DNA of 64,000 nucleotides, from assembly GCF_006345805.1 (NCBI RefSeq), contig NC_042997.1, forward strand, positions 106,702,001-106,766,000, read 5' to 3'. Under the pieces are notes generated by a model that searched no databases, was not told the DNA's origin, and saw only the letters and a program-made list of their open reading frames with translations. Both the position numbers and the translations under genes were made by a program. Positions 13,630-26,964 of this stretch are shown here, one piece after another. The DNA is from Octopus sinensis. Lineage: Eukaryota. The first letter of the stretch is position 1; each line of letters opens with the position of its first letter.

Positions 13630-14013
13630 CAGTGATACCTTGCAGTATGAGTTTAATTTGATCCATGACCGAGCTTGTCTTGTGATTTACTCGTTTTACA
13701 AATCAATTTTCCCCATTGAAATTAACTAAAATATAATTAATCCATTCCGGCCCTCAAAAACCACTCAAAAATAATTTTTTATGGGTTTTAAAACAGAAAA
13801 GGTGTAGCTACAAGTAAAATGACAATTATATAAAAGAGAATGCAAAGGAAATATGTAAACTGGTTTTATTAACTGAATTACCTTAAAGATGGATAATTTA
13901 TGTGCTCATACTGCAGATTTCTGCTCCTACTTCAAGACAAAAATTTGCACAAGTCTCGGCTCGTACAGCAAATTACTCGTACAATGGTGCACTCATACTT
14001 CAAGGTTCTTCTT
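13630..14013. mobile_element. Old pogo/Tigger-like MITE
   Basis: TA|CAGTGATACCTTGCAGTATGAGT with a degenerate partner ACTCATACTTCAAGGTTC. Confidence 0.45.
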
Positions 14014-14739
14014 TTAATATTTTATATTTTATTGAATTGCCTTTTGCACAGATAAACATAAACCCTATACACAGACTTTGACCCATACAATGCTCTTGTG
14101 TATATATTTATCATCAATCATCATCATTATTTTACACTTGCTTTCCATGCTGGTATGAGTCGGATGGGACATGCTGGTCCAAATCATTTCCTACTGAGAG
14201 TCACTACTTCCTTAACTGGTTTGCATATGCATTATTTGGCTTGGTTTCTATGGTTGAATGTCCTTCCTTTTGTGGATTTAGCTGAAAGGAACTGAAAGAA
14301 TGATGTTGTTGTTGGTGGTGGTGGTGGTGACAATTCCTAGACTGATTAGTACAGTGTTCTTGAGCAAAACACTTTATCTCAAATTGTTCTGCAATTCAAC
14401 GCCTGTGCTGAAACTTGACCCTCACTAAAAAGCTTGAAAAACAAATAGACGTCTGCTATACAACAATGTCTGGAGGCATATGGCTTAATGGCTAGGGTGT
14501 TGGACTTATGCTCGTAAGTCTTTGGTTTCGATTCCTGGACTGGGCAATGCATTGTATTCATGAGCAAAACACCTCATTTTATGTTGCTCCATTCCACTCA
14601 GCTGGCAAAAATGAGTAATCCTGTGATAGACTGTCATCCTATCCATGTGGAGAATATATATGCCATGAAACCAAGAAACTGGCCCTTATGAGTTTGTATG
14701 ACTCAAAAAGAAGGTAACTTTACCTTTTTTTTCTTTTTA

Positions 14740-14930
14740 CACAGAATGTTAAGAATGGCTCTGAATGTTACTTGGAGAGCTCATTTAACCAGGACAGTGG
14801 AATGGTAAATGTTGATGAACTATGAACCTGCATGGGAGACCATGGTGGATGGTGTACTCATGTGAAATCATTGAAGCATCAGAGAGGACGGCAAAACTAA
14901 CACATGCCTTGTTGATTTGATGGAGGGAAT
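14740..14930 (+). mobile_element. Old RTE/RTE-X LINE fragment
   Basis: RMLRMALNVTWRAHLT resembles the YTRMLR.ALN.SW..H.TN motif. Confidence 0.55.
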
Positions 14931-16716
14931 GAACTAATGTATAGCACATACATTTTGATTACTATAAACAAATCAATTACGCAGTTCATTCAGCAAAAAC
15001 TGAATACTAATATATTGTCTTCAACTGGAGATTCTGTCGTGTGTGCGTGTGTGTGTAAATAATTGAATAAGTTGAAATCAACAAGAAAGAGTACAGAGGA
15101 ATATTTATTTGTAATTACTACAATTGTTTCCATGCAGTGTAGTTCTCCAGTTTCTCAGGTATTTGGTTATGTAACCATTTCCCTGTATTATGAGATCTTG
15201 TGTTTCATCAGGTGATATATAAATATTGTTTCTGAGCTCTGTAAATGGGTGAAATCTGAAGGTGTATGAGCTTTATACTGTACTCTATTACATTCTTAAC
15301 AGAATATAACCTAATTATATAATATATATATACACATATATATACACCATAACACCCATATAATTTACACACTTTTTTTGCAAAAATAAACTTTAGGAGG
15401 TGCGTAAATTACATGAGTAGATCATTTCCAGAATTTTTTTAGAAATTTTTTTTTTGTTGAAAAATGATGTTCGGGAAGTTGACTCATTTCATGTCAGAAT
15501 AGGTTTTTTACAGAAAAAATGTAATGAAGTTGACTTCTATTTAAGCTGGACAGTATAATGCTTACTTTTTCTGTATAAATTTACTAAAACTATTAAATGG
15601 TGAACTATTTTTAAAGTTTGACATTCATGCTTGTAATCATGGTCCAGGCCATATTTTGCATAGCTTGGAGTTTCTACCTATCGCAATGGAGCATAGCAAT
15701 TTCCTTAAATAGATCAGTTTTTCTCCCCTTGGGCCTCTAGCTTGTGTTTGCACCAGGAAGCTATTTGCTCACTTTCTCCATGTTACAACACAATGAAATT
15801 CCTCACTGCTGATATCATCACTATCAGCTCTTACTGCATCTAATGTCAACAATGACAACATCTTAATTCATCCTTGTGCATGTGAACTCACTAAGTGAAT
15901 ATGACTTCCTACAGAAATCTTCATTTACTTTATACAATGTTTAATGTCATTTCACATTCATGTTAAATTATGCAACAATCTTATGTTCTCTTCATAGAAC
16001 ACTTGTAATGTATGTATTAACAGTTCTTTTGGTATAGTAGATTTTTGCTTTTCTTGTTTATGTCTCCTCACAGATGTGTATATTCTAACAAGTTGCTTCT
16101 TAAATTTTACACCTCTCTTGTTCAATAAACACTGGGTTAAATTTGCAAAGCTGTTTATTTTCTCCTTTCAATTTTTAATATCTATTTTAGAGGGTTACCA
16201 AACTATCAGTTTGGTCTCCTGGCTAAAATGGTAATGACAAATTTTTAAGTTTGCTTGACATTTTATAAGCATGAAAGGGATTAAAATTTTAATACTCCAT
16301 ATCAAAGGTTCCGACAAGAATAAACAGAAAATCAGAGCTTAAGACAAGAAGACACTTTTGACCAATCATAATTCTGTTTACATTATCAATTTGGTCAGTC
16401 ATCTTCCTCTGTCGGTTGAGTAAAGTGTTATCTAGGCTGATGCTTATTGGTAATTAAATTTATTTTGCAACACTTGTGTATATTTATCAGCTTTGTTTTT
16501 GTTGATAAGAATTATCAACAACTTTTCCTGTGATTGTGATTTGAGAAGATATACAGAAGTATGCTAAAGATTGGACATAATCTCTTGTGGGCAAGAAATG
16601 TAAAATAAAGTTTATTAGAAACAACACTAACACTTCGTATTTTAACAGCTTTCAATGTGATACCTGTTAAACAGAAATTATTTTTATTTAATGAAAATTT
16701 AATAAAATCTAATCAT

Positions 16717-17075
16717 AGGCGCAGGAGTGGCTGTGTGGTAAGTAGCTTGCTAACCAACCACACGGTTGCGGGTTCAGTCCCACTGCGTGGCATCTTGGGC
16801 AAGTGTCTTCTGCTATAGCCCCGGGCCGACCAATGCCTTGTGAGTGGATTTGGTAGACGGAAACTGAAAGAAGCCTGTCGTATATATGTATATGTGTGTG
16901 TGTTTGTGTGTCTGTGTTTGTCCCCCTAGCATTGCTTGACAACCAATGCTGGTGTGTTTACGTCCCCGTCACTTAGCGGTTCGGAAAAAAGAGACCGATA
17001 GAATAAGTACTAAAAGGTGGTGCTCCAGCATGGCCGCAGTCAGATGACTGAAACAAGTAAAAGAGTAAAAGAGTA
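16717..17075 (+). mobile_element. tRNA-derived SINE, family A (near full-length example)
   Basis: A-box-like TGGCTGTGTGGT, B-box-like GGTTCAGTCCC, a central (TA/TG)n tract and a GTAAAAGA-type tail. More than 20 full or partial copies occur in the window. Confidence 0.85.
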
Positions 17076-19255
17076 TAAGTAAGGGAAATTATGCTAAATA
17101 CAACTGAATTGAAAACCTTCTTCCCTTGGCCATATTGGCAATTCTGAAAACTTTTGGGTGCAAATTTTACATGAATAGAAGCTTATTTTTAACAAATTTT
17201 ATCCTGAAAATCACCTGCATAAATTACATGGGTTTTTACAGTATTTATGCACACACACACACACACACATTAAAAGAAGAGGGCACAGTAAAGTGTGACA
17301 TGCAACCAAGATGAGGCTCAGCTTTGGGTTCCATACTCCACTCCAGCATTGAGCATAGTACACTAAACTCAGGCTAGTTTAGAGTATGGTATACAAGCCA
17401 AATAACTGAAAAAAATAAACAGAAAATGGGTGTGGTATTCAAAGCCATATACACATGCCAAAGGACATGCACACATGTCAAAAGACATACTCACATGTCA
17501 AAGGACATACACACATCTGCAAAATGCATGATTGCATAATGTTCTATTATGGCCATGTAATTATTTCAGTATTTTGCTGCCACACATGTATGTCCTACAA
17601 AGCTTTGAATACCACACATGCTTTCTGCTTATTATGTGTGTGTGTGTGTGTATTTTGTGTGTTTCCTTATTTCAACATCATGTGTGAGTTGTTAGTGTCA
17701 CAATCATAAACGGTGTCACTCATTTCTAGCTTTCTATGAAGATGTGTCCAGACAAGAGAAAATATCAGCTAATTTAGAAAGAGATAAGAACTGGTGACAG
17801 GGAGGGGTTTCCATCTGTAAAAAAATAATGGCACAACAAATTTTGTTTGACCCATGCAAAAGTATGGAAAAATAAACATTCAAACAATGATGATGATATA
17901 TGTGTGTGTATAAATCTGATGATTTTTCTCTGCTCTACACACAGTTTCTCACTATCTGTGACCCTCCAGGTGACAAAAAGAATTAGATATGTAACTAGGT
18001 AACTAGCCGTGTGTTGTACATGAAATAAATGATAAAGCAGTTAAAAAGGTTAAAGCAATGCAAGAGAAAGAAGATAATGAGTGAAAGAGAGAGCGAGTAA
18101 GGAAGAAGGAGGTGGATCACAGTTTGTGGCCAGTCTAACTTCTCTATGCTATTCCAAAAGTGCTGTATTTGTAACCATCAAAAATTCTATGGTATGTAAC
18201 TATTTTATTTATAAAAACCACAAACTACATACACTGAATTATGTTTGAATTTATTGTAAACAAAATGACCTGAAATTGAAATAATCATGTGTTGGGGTGG
18301 TCTTGGAATATACGTTTGTATACATTTGTATAATATGCAAACACATACCACACATTAAAGAAGCACTTTATGTCTCTACTAAAGTTATCAGCTCTCTTAA
18401 TGTCTATGAATACAGCCATAATCCTGTGTGATGATACTTGTACACAAGTTTAAATATTACTTTCTTTATTTTTCTTATCTCAGGACTTACTGTTCTCTTA
18501 GATAATTTATCTAAAGTGTCAGTGTTAGAATCTGCAGAATATATTATATATCTTTCCACTCCATATGAAACAGAGACTACACCATACAAATTTCATAATT
18601 GTCCAAATGGAAACCAAACTTTTAAAATAGCCAATCAGCTGATGCAGTGTACTCATACCTGTAGCCCTGTGCATGGTTGCCCTTGACTTGTCTAATAACT
18701 GACACGTCATGCTACATCAGTTTGTGTTTGATTGACACATACCTGAGTGAACATATGTTTAGGGTATTTGGTGATTTGTTGCAAGTTGAACAATGAAAGA
18801 TTTGGGAGACTAACATGTTCGTGTGAAATTCTGCTTCAAGTTAGGGAAAAAGTTCTTACAAAGACTTTTCTAATGCTATGATATGAATATCAGAGAATTG
18901 TCATAGTTGTATGCAATGTCATGAGTAGTATTGATATTTGAAATCAGAAAGAACATCCATGAAAGACAATCTCAAACCTGGATGACCTTCCATGACAACA
19001 GAAAATAACCACATGATGTGATTTATGTGATACATGAAAATTGTTATCTAACTCTGCCCATGAAATTTCCAAAGAATTAAGTATCTGTTAAAAAAAATTC
19101 CTTCAGAAAAGACCCCAGTACAGGACTAGTTATTTTATTTTTGACACCAGGGCTTGAACTCAGATAACTGTAGCAATTTTTGTAAGGTAATTTAACTAAT
19201 AACTGCCAGTTCACTTACCTACAGTTTGTGGCTGTATATAAAAGAAAATTATAAT

Positions 19256-19590
19256 CTCTCTCTCTCTATCCGCTCAGTCAAAGTCGACTCTCGGTCACTT
19301 GTTGGATCAGTGTCCTCCAGTCAGTTCTATCCTGGGCCGCTTCTTTCAGATTGGCTATGTCCATTCCGGTACCACTCTTGATGGTGTCAAGCCAGCGGGT
19401 TCTTGGTCGGCCTCTTCCTCTCTTGCCACTGACCATTCCGAGCATGATATCCTTCTCCAGGGATTTTCTCCGCATAATATGACCGAAATATGCCAATCTA
19501 TGCTTGGTGATCCTAGCTTCTAGCGACATTTTCGGCCCTATCTGCTTAAGAACTTCTCCATTGGTGAGCCTCGCTGTCCATGGAATCCGC
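19256..19590 (-). mobile_element. 5'-truncated RTE-clade LINE insertion with an 11 bp TSD
   Basis: The open frame RIPWTAR...LAYFGHIMRR.SLEKDIMLGMVSGKRGRGRPRTRWLD is an RTE ORF C-terminus, followed by a (GA)n tail. The TSD AAAATTATAAT is at 19245-19255 and 19591-19601. Confidence 0.92.
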
Positions 19591-19907
19591 AAAATTATAA
19601 TAGTGAAATAATTTATATGCTTATTATTGTTGTTTGTTGTTTAGACCAAGGATGATCCTTATCAAGCCAACATATCGTCAAGATTATTTTAGTCTTGAGC
19701 ATCTCAATTTCTTTTTCAGATATACTATATCTAAGATTATATGTTCCTTCTTTTTTTAAGGTGGCAAAGCATGATTTGAAGGAGATTTGGCTGGTTGGGC
19801 AAATGCATAGAGGTTGGTTTGGGATACTTTGATTTGGTTTAACTAAAGAAGAGATAGTAACTCATATGGTGGTGGTGGTGGTGGTGGTGTCCTGCAGAAG
19901 TGTCATA

Positions 19908-21094
19908 TCTACTACATATGTGGCAAATCGGTGTGTTTGTGTTTGTTTGTGGTGTTGTTAGCTAACTCCTCCTACACCATTTTATTGATTTTGGTGAAAC
20001 TTGACACGTGAGTAGAACTCATGTCTGGAAATCTTGTGACAAACATAGATTGTTAAAAAAATTGATAATATGGCCCCTGGAAGGGACCTTCATAACTACT
20101 TCATATAACAAATGTTTTTTTTAACACCCAAGGGAAATAACCCATAGCACCTGTACAATATTTTTTAAACACCCAAGGGAAATAACCCATCTCACTTTTT
20201 GTGTTCGATTACTTTGAATATTGATTTTTTGTGTCCTATTTCTAATGTTTACAGACAATATCACTTTTATACTTTATTTGACACATAAGTAGAACTCATA
20301 GCTGGAAACCTTGTCACATACTTAGATTGTTGAAAAAAAATCAATAATAGGGCCCTTCCAATGGATCCTTCTATCTACTACATATTACTAATATTTTATT
20401 TAAACAACCCAAGGGAAATAACCCATACCACCTGCAGATTTTAGTGAAGCGATCAATATTTGATTCTCATAATCAGCCGACCTAATTCTGCATTTCGCTA
20501 CTCATGATTTTGAACTACTAAACATTATTATTGCACTTCCTTAATTTGAATCTTAAACAGCAAAGACTTCATTCATACATTTCTATACATACATACTTTT
20601 TTGATTGTCCATTACTCTGATAATTCTGCATTTTTACAGTTACACTTTTCCATGACAGCAGATAAATTTTTTATTCCACAACGTATTTGTAGTGGCTTCA
20701 TGCAAGCATAGCATGGATTTGATCCTCGATTGCCAAATTTCACTTAACACTTCAACAGCACTTTTCTTAGGGTAAACAATAGTTTTTTTCTGTGAATGAC
20801 AGCAGTTATACCTTTCCCAGATGCCTTTGCTAAGCAGGATAATGTCTTCACCTCTCGCCAACCTCCAACAACCTCTCTCACCAACCTCTGACAATCTTTC
20901 TCGCCAACCTCCGAAACCTCTCTCGCTAACCTCCAACAATCTCTCCCTCCTCCAGCTGACAGTTTTTGTACTTTTTCATGACAGAAAATGCACTTTTTGT
21001 GGCAGTTATAACAAAATTGCTTTCTTATATCAGATTAATAAGGCGTTTCAATAGAACATCTTCACTCCTGGGAATTACTGGGTACACCAGCTAG
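19908..21094 (+). mobile_element. Non-autonomous Helitron-like element (family H3) with internal direct repeats
   Basis: 5' A|TCTACTACATATGTGGCAAATC then a GTTT-type microsatellite and GATTTTGGTGAAACTTGACAC. An internal ~160 bp segment is duplicated (~20000 and ~20275), followed by a ~22 bp minisatellite (20851-20947). It ends CTGGGTACACCAGCTAG|T. Confidence 0.55.
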
Positions 21095-21469
21095 TCCATT
21101 TATAAATGCATTTCTCTTTCATTTTTAGTAACAGAGAATCTTCTGTAATCTAGTGACTGTAAATGACCAAATTCTCAAACAAAGTATTGATTGTAAAATA
21201 AACAGTATTCAATGTTAAGTTGGCAATGACAATAAGTTATTCAATAAAGCCAGTGTAAAAAGGAAACATCAGTGATTTTCAAATTAGAACCTGCAGATTC
21301 TTAGAATATCAAGGACAATGTTTCTCAACTTTTTATGTCCCATGCTCCTCTTAGATTTTCCAAAAAGACATGCACCCACTTTTAAACATTTCACAGAAAA
21401 CCAACAAATTTGACAAAAACACAACAAATGGAAAATTCACAGCTAATTCCTCTTCAGTTCTATGTTTAA

Positions 21470-21625
21470 GAGATGAGGAATTATGTACAGTATTTACATT
21501 TGACGGATATTTGTTCTCATCTTGTTTGTTGTTAACACTTTTTGGTTGATATACACTCCAGCCTTCATCAGGTGTCTTGGGGAAATTTCAAACCTGAGTT
21601 CTCATTCCTAAGGTATTTTTGTAAT
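21470..21625 (-). mobile_element. Terminal fragment of a second PLE family
   Basis: The minus strand carries ACACCTGATGAAGGCTGG...CAACC, the CTGATGAAG..GAAAC-type motif typical of PLE ends, here degenerate. Confidence 0.55.
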
Positions 21626-21738
21626 GTAAATCCACTGGGAATAGCTAATGAACATACAGGACAATGACAGAAACAAGCACAACAAAATAATATATATATA
21701 TATATATATATATGTGTGTTTTTTTTGTGAATTCTCCC

Positions 21739-21739
<1 letters not shown>

Positions 21740-21777
<38 letters not shown>

Positions 21778-21812
21778 TTCATAAAAAAACAGAAGATGAA
21801 GAGAGGTGGTGT

Positions 21813-21900
<88 letters not shown>
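21740..21900. repeat. Compound (TA)/(GA)/(CA) microsatellites interleaved with PLE terminal fragments
   Basis: Direct reading. Confidence 0.9.
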
Positions 21901-23088
21901 AGGGAGAATTCACAAAAAAAACAGAAGATGAAGACAGGTGGTGTAGACAACAAACAGATGTATTAGTTTAACTCTTGGGAAGTGAAAAAGTTTTTAATGT
22001 TTCGAGCCTATGCTCTTCTACAGAAAGGAACACAGAAAGAAACAGGGAGAGAAAATAAAGAATGTATAGTGGCTAGCAATCTATCATGGCGAATGCCAGA
22101 CAGAGGGGATCACACAGGAGAGTTAGGAAGGAGAGATAATAAAGTAGTGGTGATCCCAAAAAGAAGGTGTGTGTGCGTGTGTATAAGAGCATGTATGTGC
22201 ATGTGGAAGTGGGATGATGACCTTGTTGTATACGTGTGTGCATGTGTGTGTGGATGAAGATGTGGGTGCTGGGAAGTGGTCAGTGCTAGTGTGTGCATGT
22301 GGTGTGGTGTGATATGGTATTGTGTGGTATAGTAGTGTGTGGTGTGGTGATGTGGGGGAGGTGAGAGTGTGGAAAGCAAGGGTGGGGTATGGATTAGGTT
22401 GAGGGTGGGGGTAGAGGTGAGGTATGTGTAAGGGATGGGGTGGGGGTGAGATGGGATGGATAGGGAAGGTGGGGTTAGATTGTGTAGGGGTGGGGTTACG
22501 AGGGAGGGGTGATGATGAAGGTGAGGGGAAATGTGAAACAGGAGAAAACGGGGCAGGTGTGGGGCGAGAGAGCAGATGCACATTCTACGGAATGTGCTCT
22601 GGCAAGGGTGGTGTGGATAGTGGTGAGGGGATACCCATGTAGGAAGAAGTGGCGAGCCATGAGTTGAGACTGAATCTCAAAGTCATGGTCGTCACTGCAG
22701 AGCCTGTGTAGGCGGTGGAATTGGGAATAGGGGATGGAGAGCTTGGTGTGTTTGGGGTGGGAGGAGGAGAAGTTGAGGTATGAGTGTGAGTGTGTGTTGG
22801 TAGTAGATGGAGGTGGTGAGAGTGGAGCGATGAATGCTGACCGAAATGTCAAGAAAGGAGACAGAAGTATCAGAGATAGTACAGGAGAAGTGGAGGGCAG
22901 GATGGAAAGATTTGACAAAAGAGAGGAAGGAGTCTAGATGTTTGTGGGAGAGTGAGGTTGCACCAATACAGTTGTCAATATAATGGCCATATAGCTCAGG
23001 AGTGGGACCAGTGAAACTTGAGATTATTTGGGCCTCAATGTAGCCAACAAACAGGTTCATATAGTTGGGGCCCATTCTCGTTCCCATA
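21900..23088 (-). mobile_element. Penelope-like retroelement, 5'-truncated (RT core, thumb, decayed 3' part and terminal repeat)
   Basis: MGTRMGPNYMNLFVGYIE, YIDN (YxDD decayed), FLDISV and HTKLSIPYSQFHRLHRLCSDD are PLE RT/thumb motifs. The terminal repeat also occurs at 6005-6357. Confidence 0.9.
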
Positions 23089-23090
23089 TA

Positions 23091-23318
23091 CAGGGTCTCT
23101 ACAAATTACCTTTATAATTTGAAAAATTTAGAGAAAAAAATAAGAATAACTCAGCAGAGTTTACTGGGAAACATAGGCAAATAAATAAAATTTTATTAGA
23201 AATACCAGAACACTTCTATGTGGGCTCCATTGGTTGCACACAACCTGCTGAGTTGTTCTTTTTTTTTTTTGTCTTTTCTGAATTCTTCAAAGTGTAAAGG
23301 CAATTTATGGACACCCTG
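23091..23318. mobile_element. Tc1/mariner-type MITE with ~70 bp TIRs
   Basis: TA|CAGGGTCTCTACAAATTACCTTT...AACTCAGCAG pairs with CTGCTGAGTTG...AAAGGCAATTTATGGACACCCTG. A partial relative lies at ~2777-2892. Confidence 0.75.
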
Positions 23319-23947
23319 TTTTAATTAAAACTTCATTATTACAAGATTTATTCACTTGTTACTTATTTGTGTCCTATTCTGAAGTGATTGATACCCCATC
23401 AAATTATTGCCATTCCTCACCAGGGAGGCATATGCCTTATCCTGAGAAACTCTTCTCTAGAGATTGTGTTTTAAGGTCCTAGTAAAATAAACATAAAACT
23501 TTTATGTTAGTTGTGAGAGGTTACTCAAAGGCAAAGCGTTGTAGTATTTAGAAAGATACACAGAACCAGACTGTTTAATATAATATTTCTGCACTTTAAA
23601 TTTCCTTAAGACTTTTAGACTCTTAAATGTATATATTATACTCCATGTGTATATGTGTGCGCGCACACATGCCTTTTTTACCATACTGGTTTCTGTTGTA
23701 GCCTGTATAAGCTATTTTAAATTATTCTTGGGTAAAATTTCCGTAACTACTGTGGAGGAAGTTTAGGAAACTGTATATGATCCTAAACTAAACTTGCTGT
23801 TGAATATTTTCTGATTTACAACTGACTGACTGAGATTCGTGGACTTGTGTATATTCACTTTTTTTTTGTCTGTTCATGTTAATGTTTTTATCTTTATCAC
23901 TACCACCAACTTTGTCAGATAAGAGCAGAACTTACTCAGAGTATATG

Positions 23948-23980
<33 letters not shown>

Positions 23981-24368
23981 TACCTTTACAAATTCACACC
24001 ACCTGTTGAGCTTACATAATTGTTAAGTCTTATCTGGAGGTTATGTGACAAGCTGCACTTTTATTTGTTTTTGTATGTCTAGAAAATTTGTTTTTTTTTC
24101 TTTAATTAAAACAGTTAAGATAAAAGGTATAATATATAGATTAAAAAAGCAACTTTCCTATCCTTGTTTTGATTTTTATAGCAATTAAGTGAAAAGCATT
24201 TTGTTATGCTTAGAGGCAAAGTTGTACAATGTGGCTTAAAGAAATACATTTCCAGTATCTTCCTCTTTTTTATTTATTTTTATACTTCTAATTTTATTTA
24301 TTTATTGAAGAACCATGTGGTAAGAAGCTTGCTTCCCAACCACATGGTTCTGGGTTCAGTCCCACTGT

Positions 24369-24658
24369 ATGGCAAAATGTCTGTGTGTGTCCTTTATACA
24401 AATCCGCAATTTTTCAGTTAGAGGGCTCGCACTTTCTATGGTGATTCAAAACCGTCCAAGGGTGGTCATGCACATTTTTACATTTCCCCAGTCACCCCGC
24501 AAAGCCATTAAAAAATCAATAGAAGTGACTTTTTTGTGAATTTTCTATCCAAAACCCAATCAAAATGCCCGAAACTTGATACGCCAATTGAATGCCAACT
24601 TGGACAGTACTTACGTGTATGTGCGCACACAGCTGTATATGCTGGGTCATAGTGCTAG
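24369..24658 (+). mobile_element. Internally deleted Helitron-like element (family H1) joined to a truncated SINE
   Basis: Shares ATGGCAAAATG...CCTTTATACAAATCC...CAAAGCCATTAAAAAAT and the 3' end GCTGGGTCATAGTGCTAG|T with the other H1 copies. Confidence 0.75.
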
Positions 24659-25837
24659 TAGTTAATATTTCTATAAACAGCTCGTAAACCCTATCACTAT
24701 CTCAATGGCCAATGGTATGAAACAGTACAGACTTAGATGCAATAAACTATTCCTTGTAGTTTTCATTGCCTTAGCCAGTTTCTTTGTTAGTAAATTACTG
24801 TATTCATATTTTAAGAAAATGCAATGTTTATTTATCTATAATAATATAAGGCATTTCTAGTATTATCACAACCAGACATGTATTGGATTGAAATGCTAAC
24901 AATGAACCATAAACTCCATGAGTTAACTACTTCTTCACCCACTTAGCCTTTTCTCCTGATAATTCAGACATCAGTTCCTAATTTCAAAATTGATATTCAG
25001 CTTATAGTCTTTAAAGAAAGATAACAGGTACTTTATACCTCAAGAACAGTACTTAATGCTATAATACATTACAGAACACGTGTTTAAATATTGATTATTT
25101 AATGAGAGGCTGTTAGACACTTATTTTCTAAAGAAATGCTTCAAAATCTTATCCCAGCTCCTATATGCAGAGTTGGGCCTATTTTACATGCTTTAATGTA
25201 CTAAAAACTTCTTTTGTTTTTTATCTGAATAAGTACTGCTGAAATTAGGGTGCATCTAATATGCTTGTGTTTCTTTTATACCACCAAATATATGTGTGAT
25301 ATCTTGATCTATAATGTAATAGCATCATTATTATCTAATAATAATCATGAGAAAAGGAAGCTGGCAGAATTGATAGCATGCTGGGCAAAATGCTTAGTGG
25401 CATTTCATTTGCCCTTACATTCTGAGTTCATATTCCACCAAGGTTTACTTTGCCTTTCATCCTTTCAGGGTCGATAAAATAAGTACCAGTCAAGTACTGG
25501 AGGAATGTAATCGATTTACTTCTTCTCCCAAAGTTGCTGGCCTTGTGCCAAAATTTGAAACCAGTAATCATGGGAAAAGGGATGATGTGAAAAATATCAT
25601 TGGCAGTTACAAAACAACAACACTAATTTTTGGTTAGATTTGTAAAGTAGCTACAAATCACTTACTAAAAAAAAGCTTTGATCCATTGATGCTGTAAAAT
25701 CTCTCTCAGGAAAGATAAGGTAACATCTAAACTTCAGAGTATCTTAACTTCAGAGCCCAAACCAGGTCTTTAAATATGTAACCATTTAAGGAACCTGTTT
25801 CTATACTAAATCTATTTCGAAGTAAAAAGACTAAATT

Positions 25838-26227
25838 TCTATATATATAAAGCTGAAGTTGTCTGTGTATGGCAGGTTTGGTAGCCTTCAACTAACACTA
25901 TCTCCTCCGAGACCCTGCAGTGCAAGTTGACCAAAATTGAGAGTATGATAGAAGAAGGCTTGCTCTTCATTCCCTAGAAGATAAAATTCAAATTAGACCA
26001 TATTAAGACCAAAAATTATTTACATAAAAAGGTGCTTTTTTTCTTTGAAAATCCCTATTTTTTTACGATCTTTTGATTGCTGTGTCGCCATTTTTCAATA
26101 TATTTCAAGCAGAAAAATGTTCACTGAAAGAGAATAACAAGCTACATGATGCAAAATTTTTACTTTTCAAAAATTCCAATTCTAAAGGGTCGAAATAAAC
26201 CCGAGCAACGCCAGGCAATACTGCTAG
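25838..26227 (+). mobile_element. Non-autonomous Helitron-like element (family H2)
   Basis: Starts TCTATATATATAAAGCTGAAGTTGTCTGTG and ends with a degenerate hairpin CCCGAGCAACGCCAGG followed by CAATACTGCTAG|T. Confidence 0.7.
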
Positions 26228-26312
26228 TATATTTAAAATTTGTTTTACCAAATTTGCCTTGTTCTTTTTTTTATTTTAGAAATCCTTAATTTTTGACTAA
26301 TTTACTCTATTT

Positions 26313-26565
26313 TAGTGGTTCTCAACTGGAGTCCACGTGACTTGGGGACCCATTTAAGATTTTGTTGTTAAAATTTATGTACAATAAGTTGGTTATACTT
26401 CTATAATACACAAAATATTTTAACAATTTTTTAATACAATTCCTAATAATATTTAATTATAACAATATAGTAGGATTTTTTTAAACATTGACTGGATATG
26501 AGGGTCCAATAGAGTAAACTAGGAATCAAAAGGGTCCATAGGCAAAAAATAGTTAAGAACCACTG
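26313..26565. mobile_element. hAT-type MITE
   Basis: TIRs TAGTGGTTCTCAACT and AGTTAAGAACCACTG, 8 bp TSD CTCTATTT/CACTATTT. Confidence 0.8.
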
Positions 26566-26964
26566 CACTATTTTATAAAACTTAATTGAATCTGAACTTA
26601 GAACTTTGTTGAATTTTATTTTTCAGGTGAGTACAAGGATGGAAAATTTATTTTCTTGTGATAACTTTCATTATTGGATAACATTTAAGGTCAGCTCAAT
26701 TTTGTTTTTAAGCTATTTTGTTTTAACTTATTGTTGTAATAAAAGATCTCAGATCATAGATCTCATATATTGAAAAAATACTGTGGTACTTATACTATGC
26801 TTGCAATTAATACGTATTGAGACAGTTACAATTTGCTCTACATGGTATGCCAAATAACTTGAAAACCAAACAAACACAAAAAGCCAATAATAAATTTTAA
26901 AAAAAAACAACATACTCTCTGAAAAACAGCATGCACATCCAATTTGATTCAACAAAGGAACATG

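Noticed and set aside
18438-18710. Unique-looking ORFs with plausible splice sites on both strands
   Set aside because: No recognisable homology and no consistent acceptor-donor pair.
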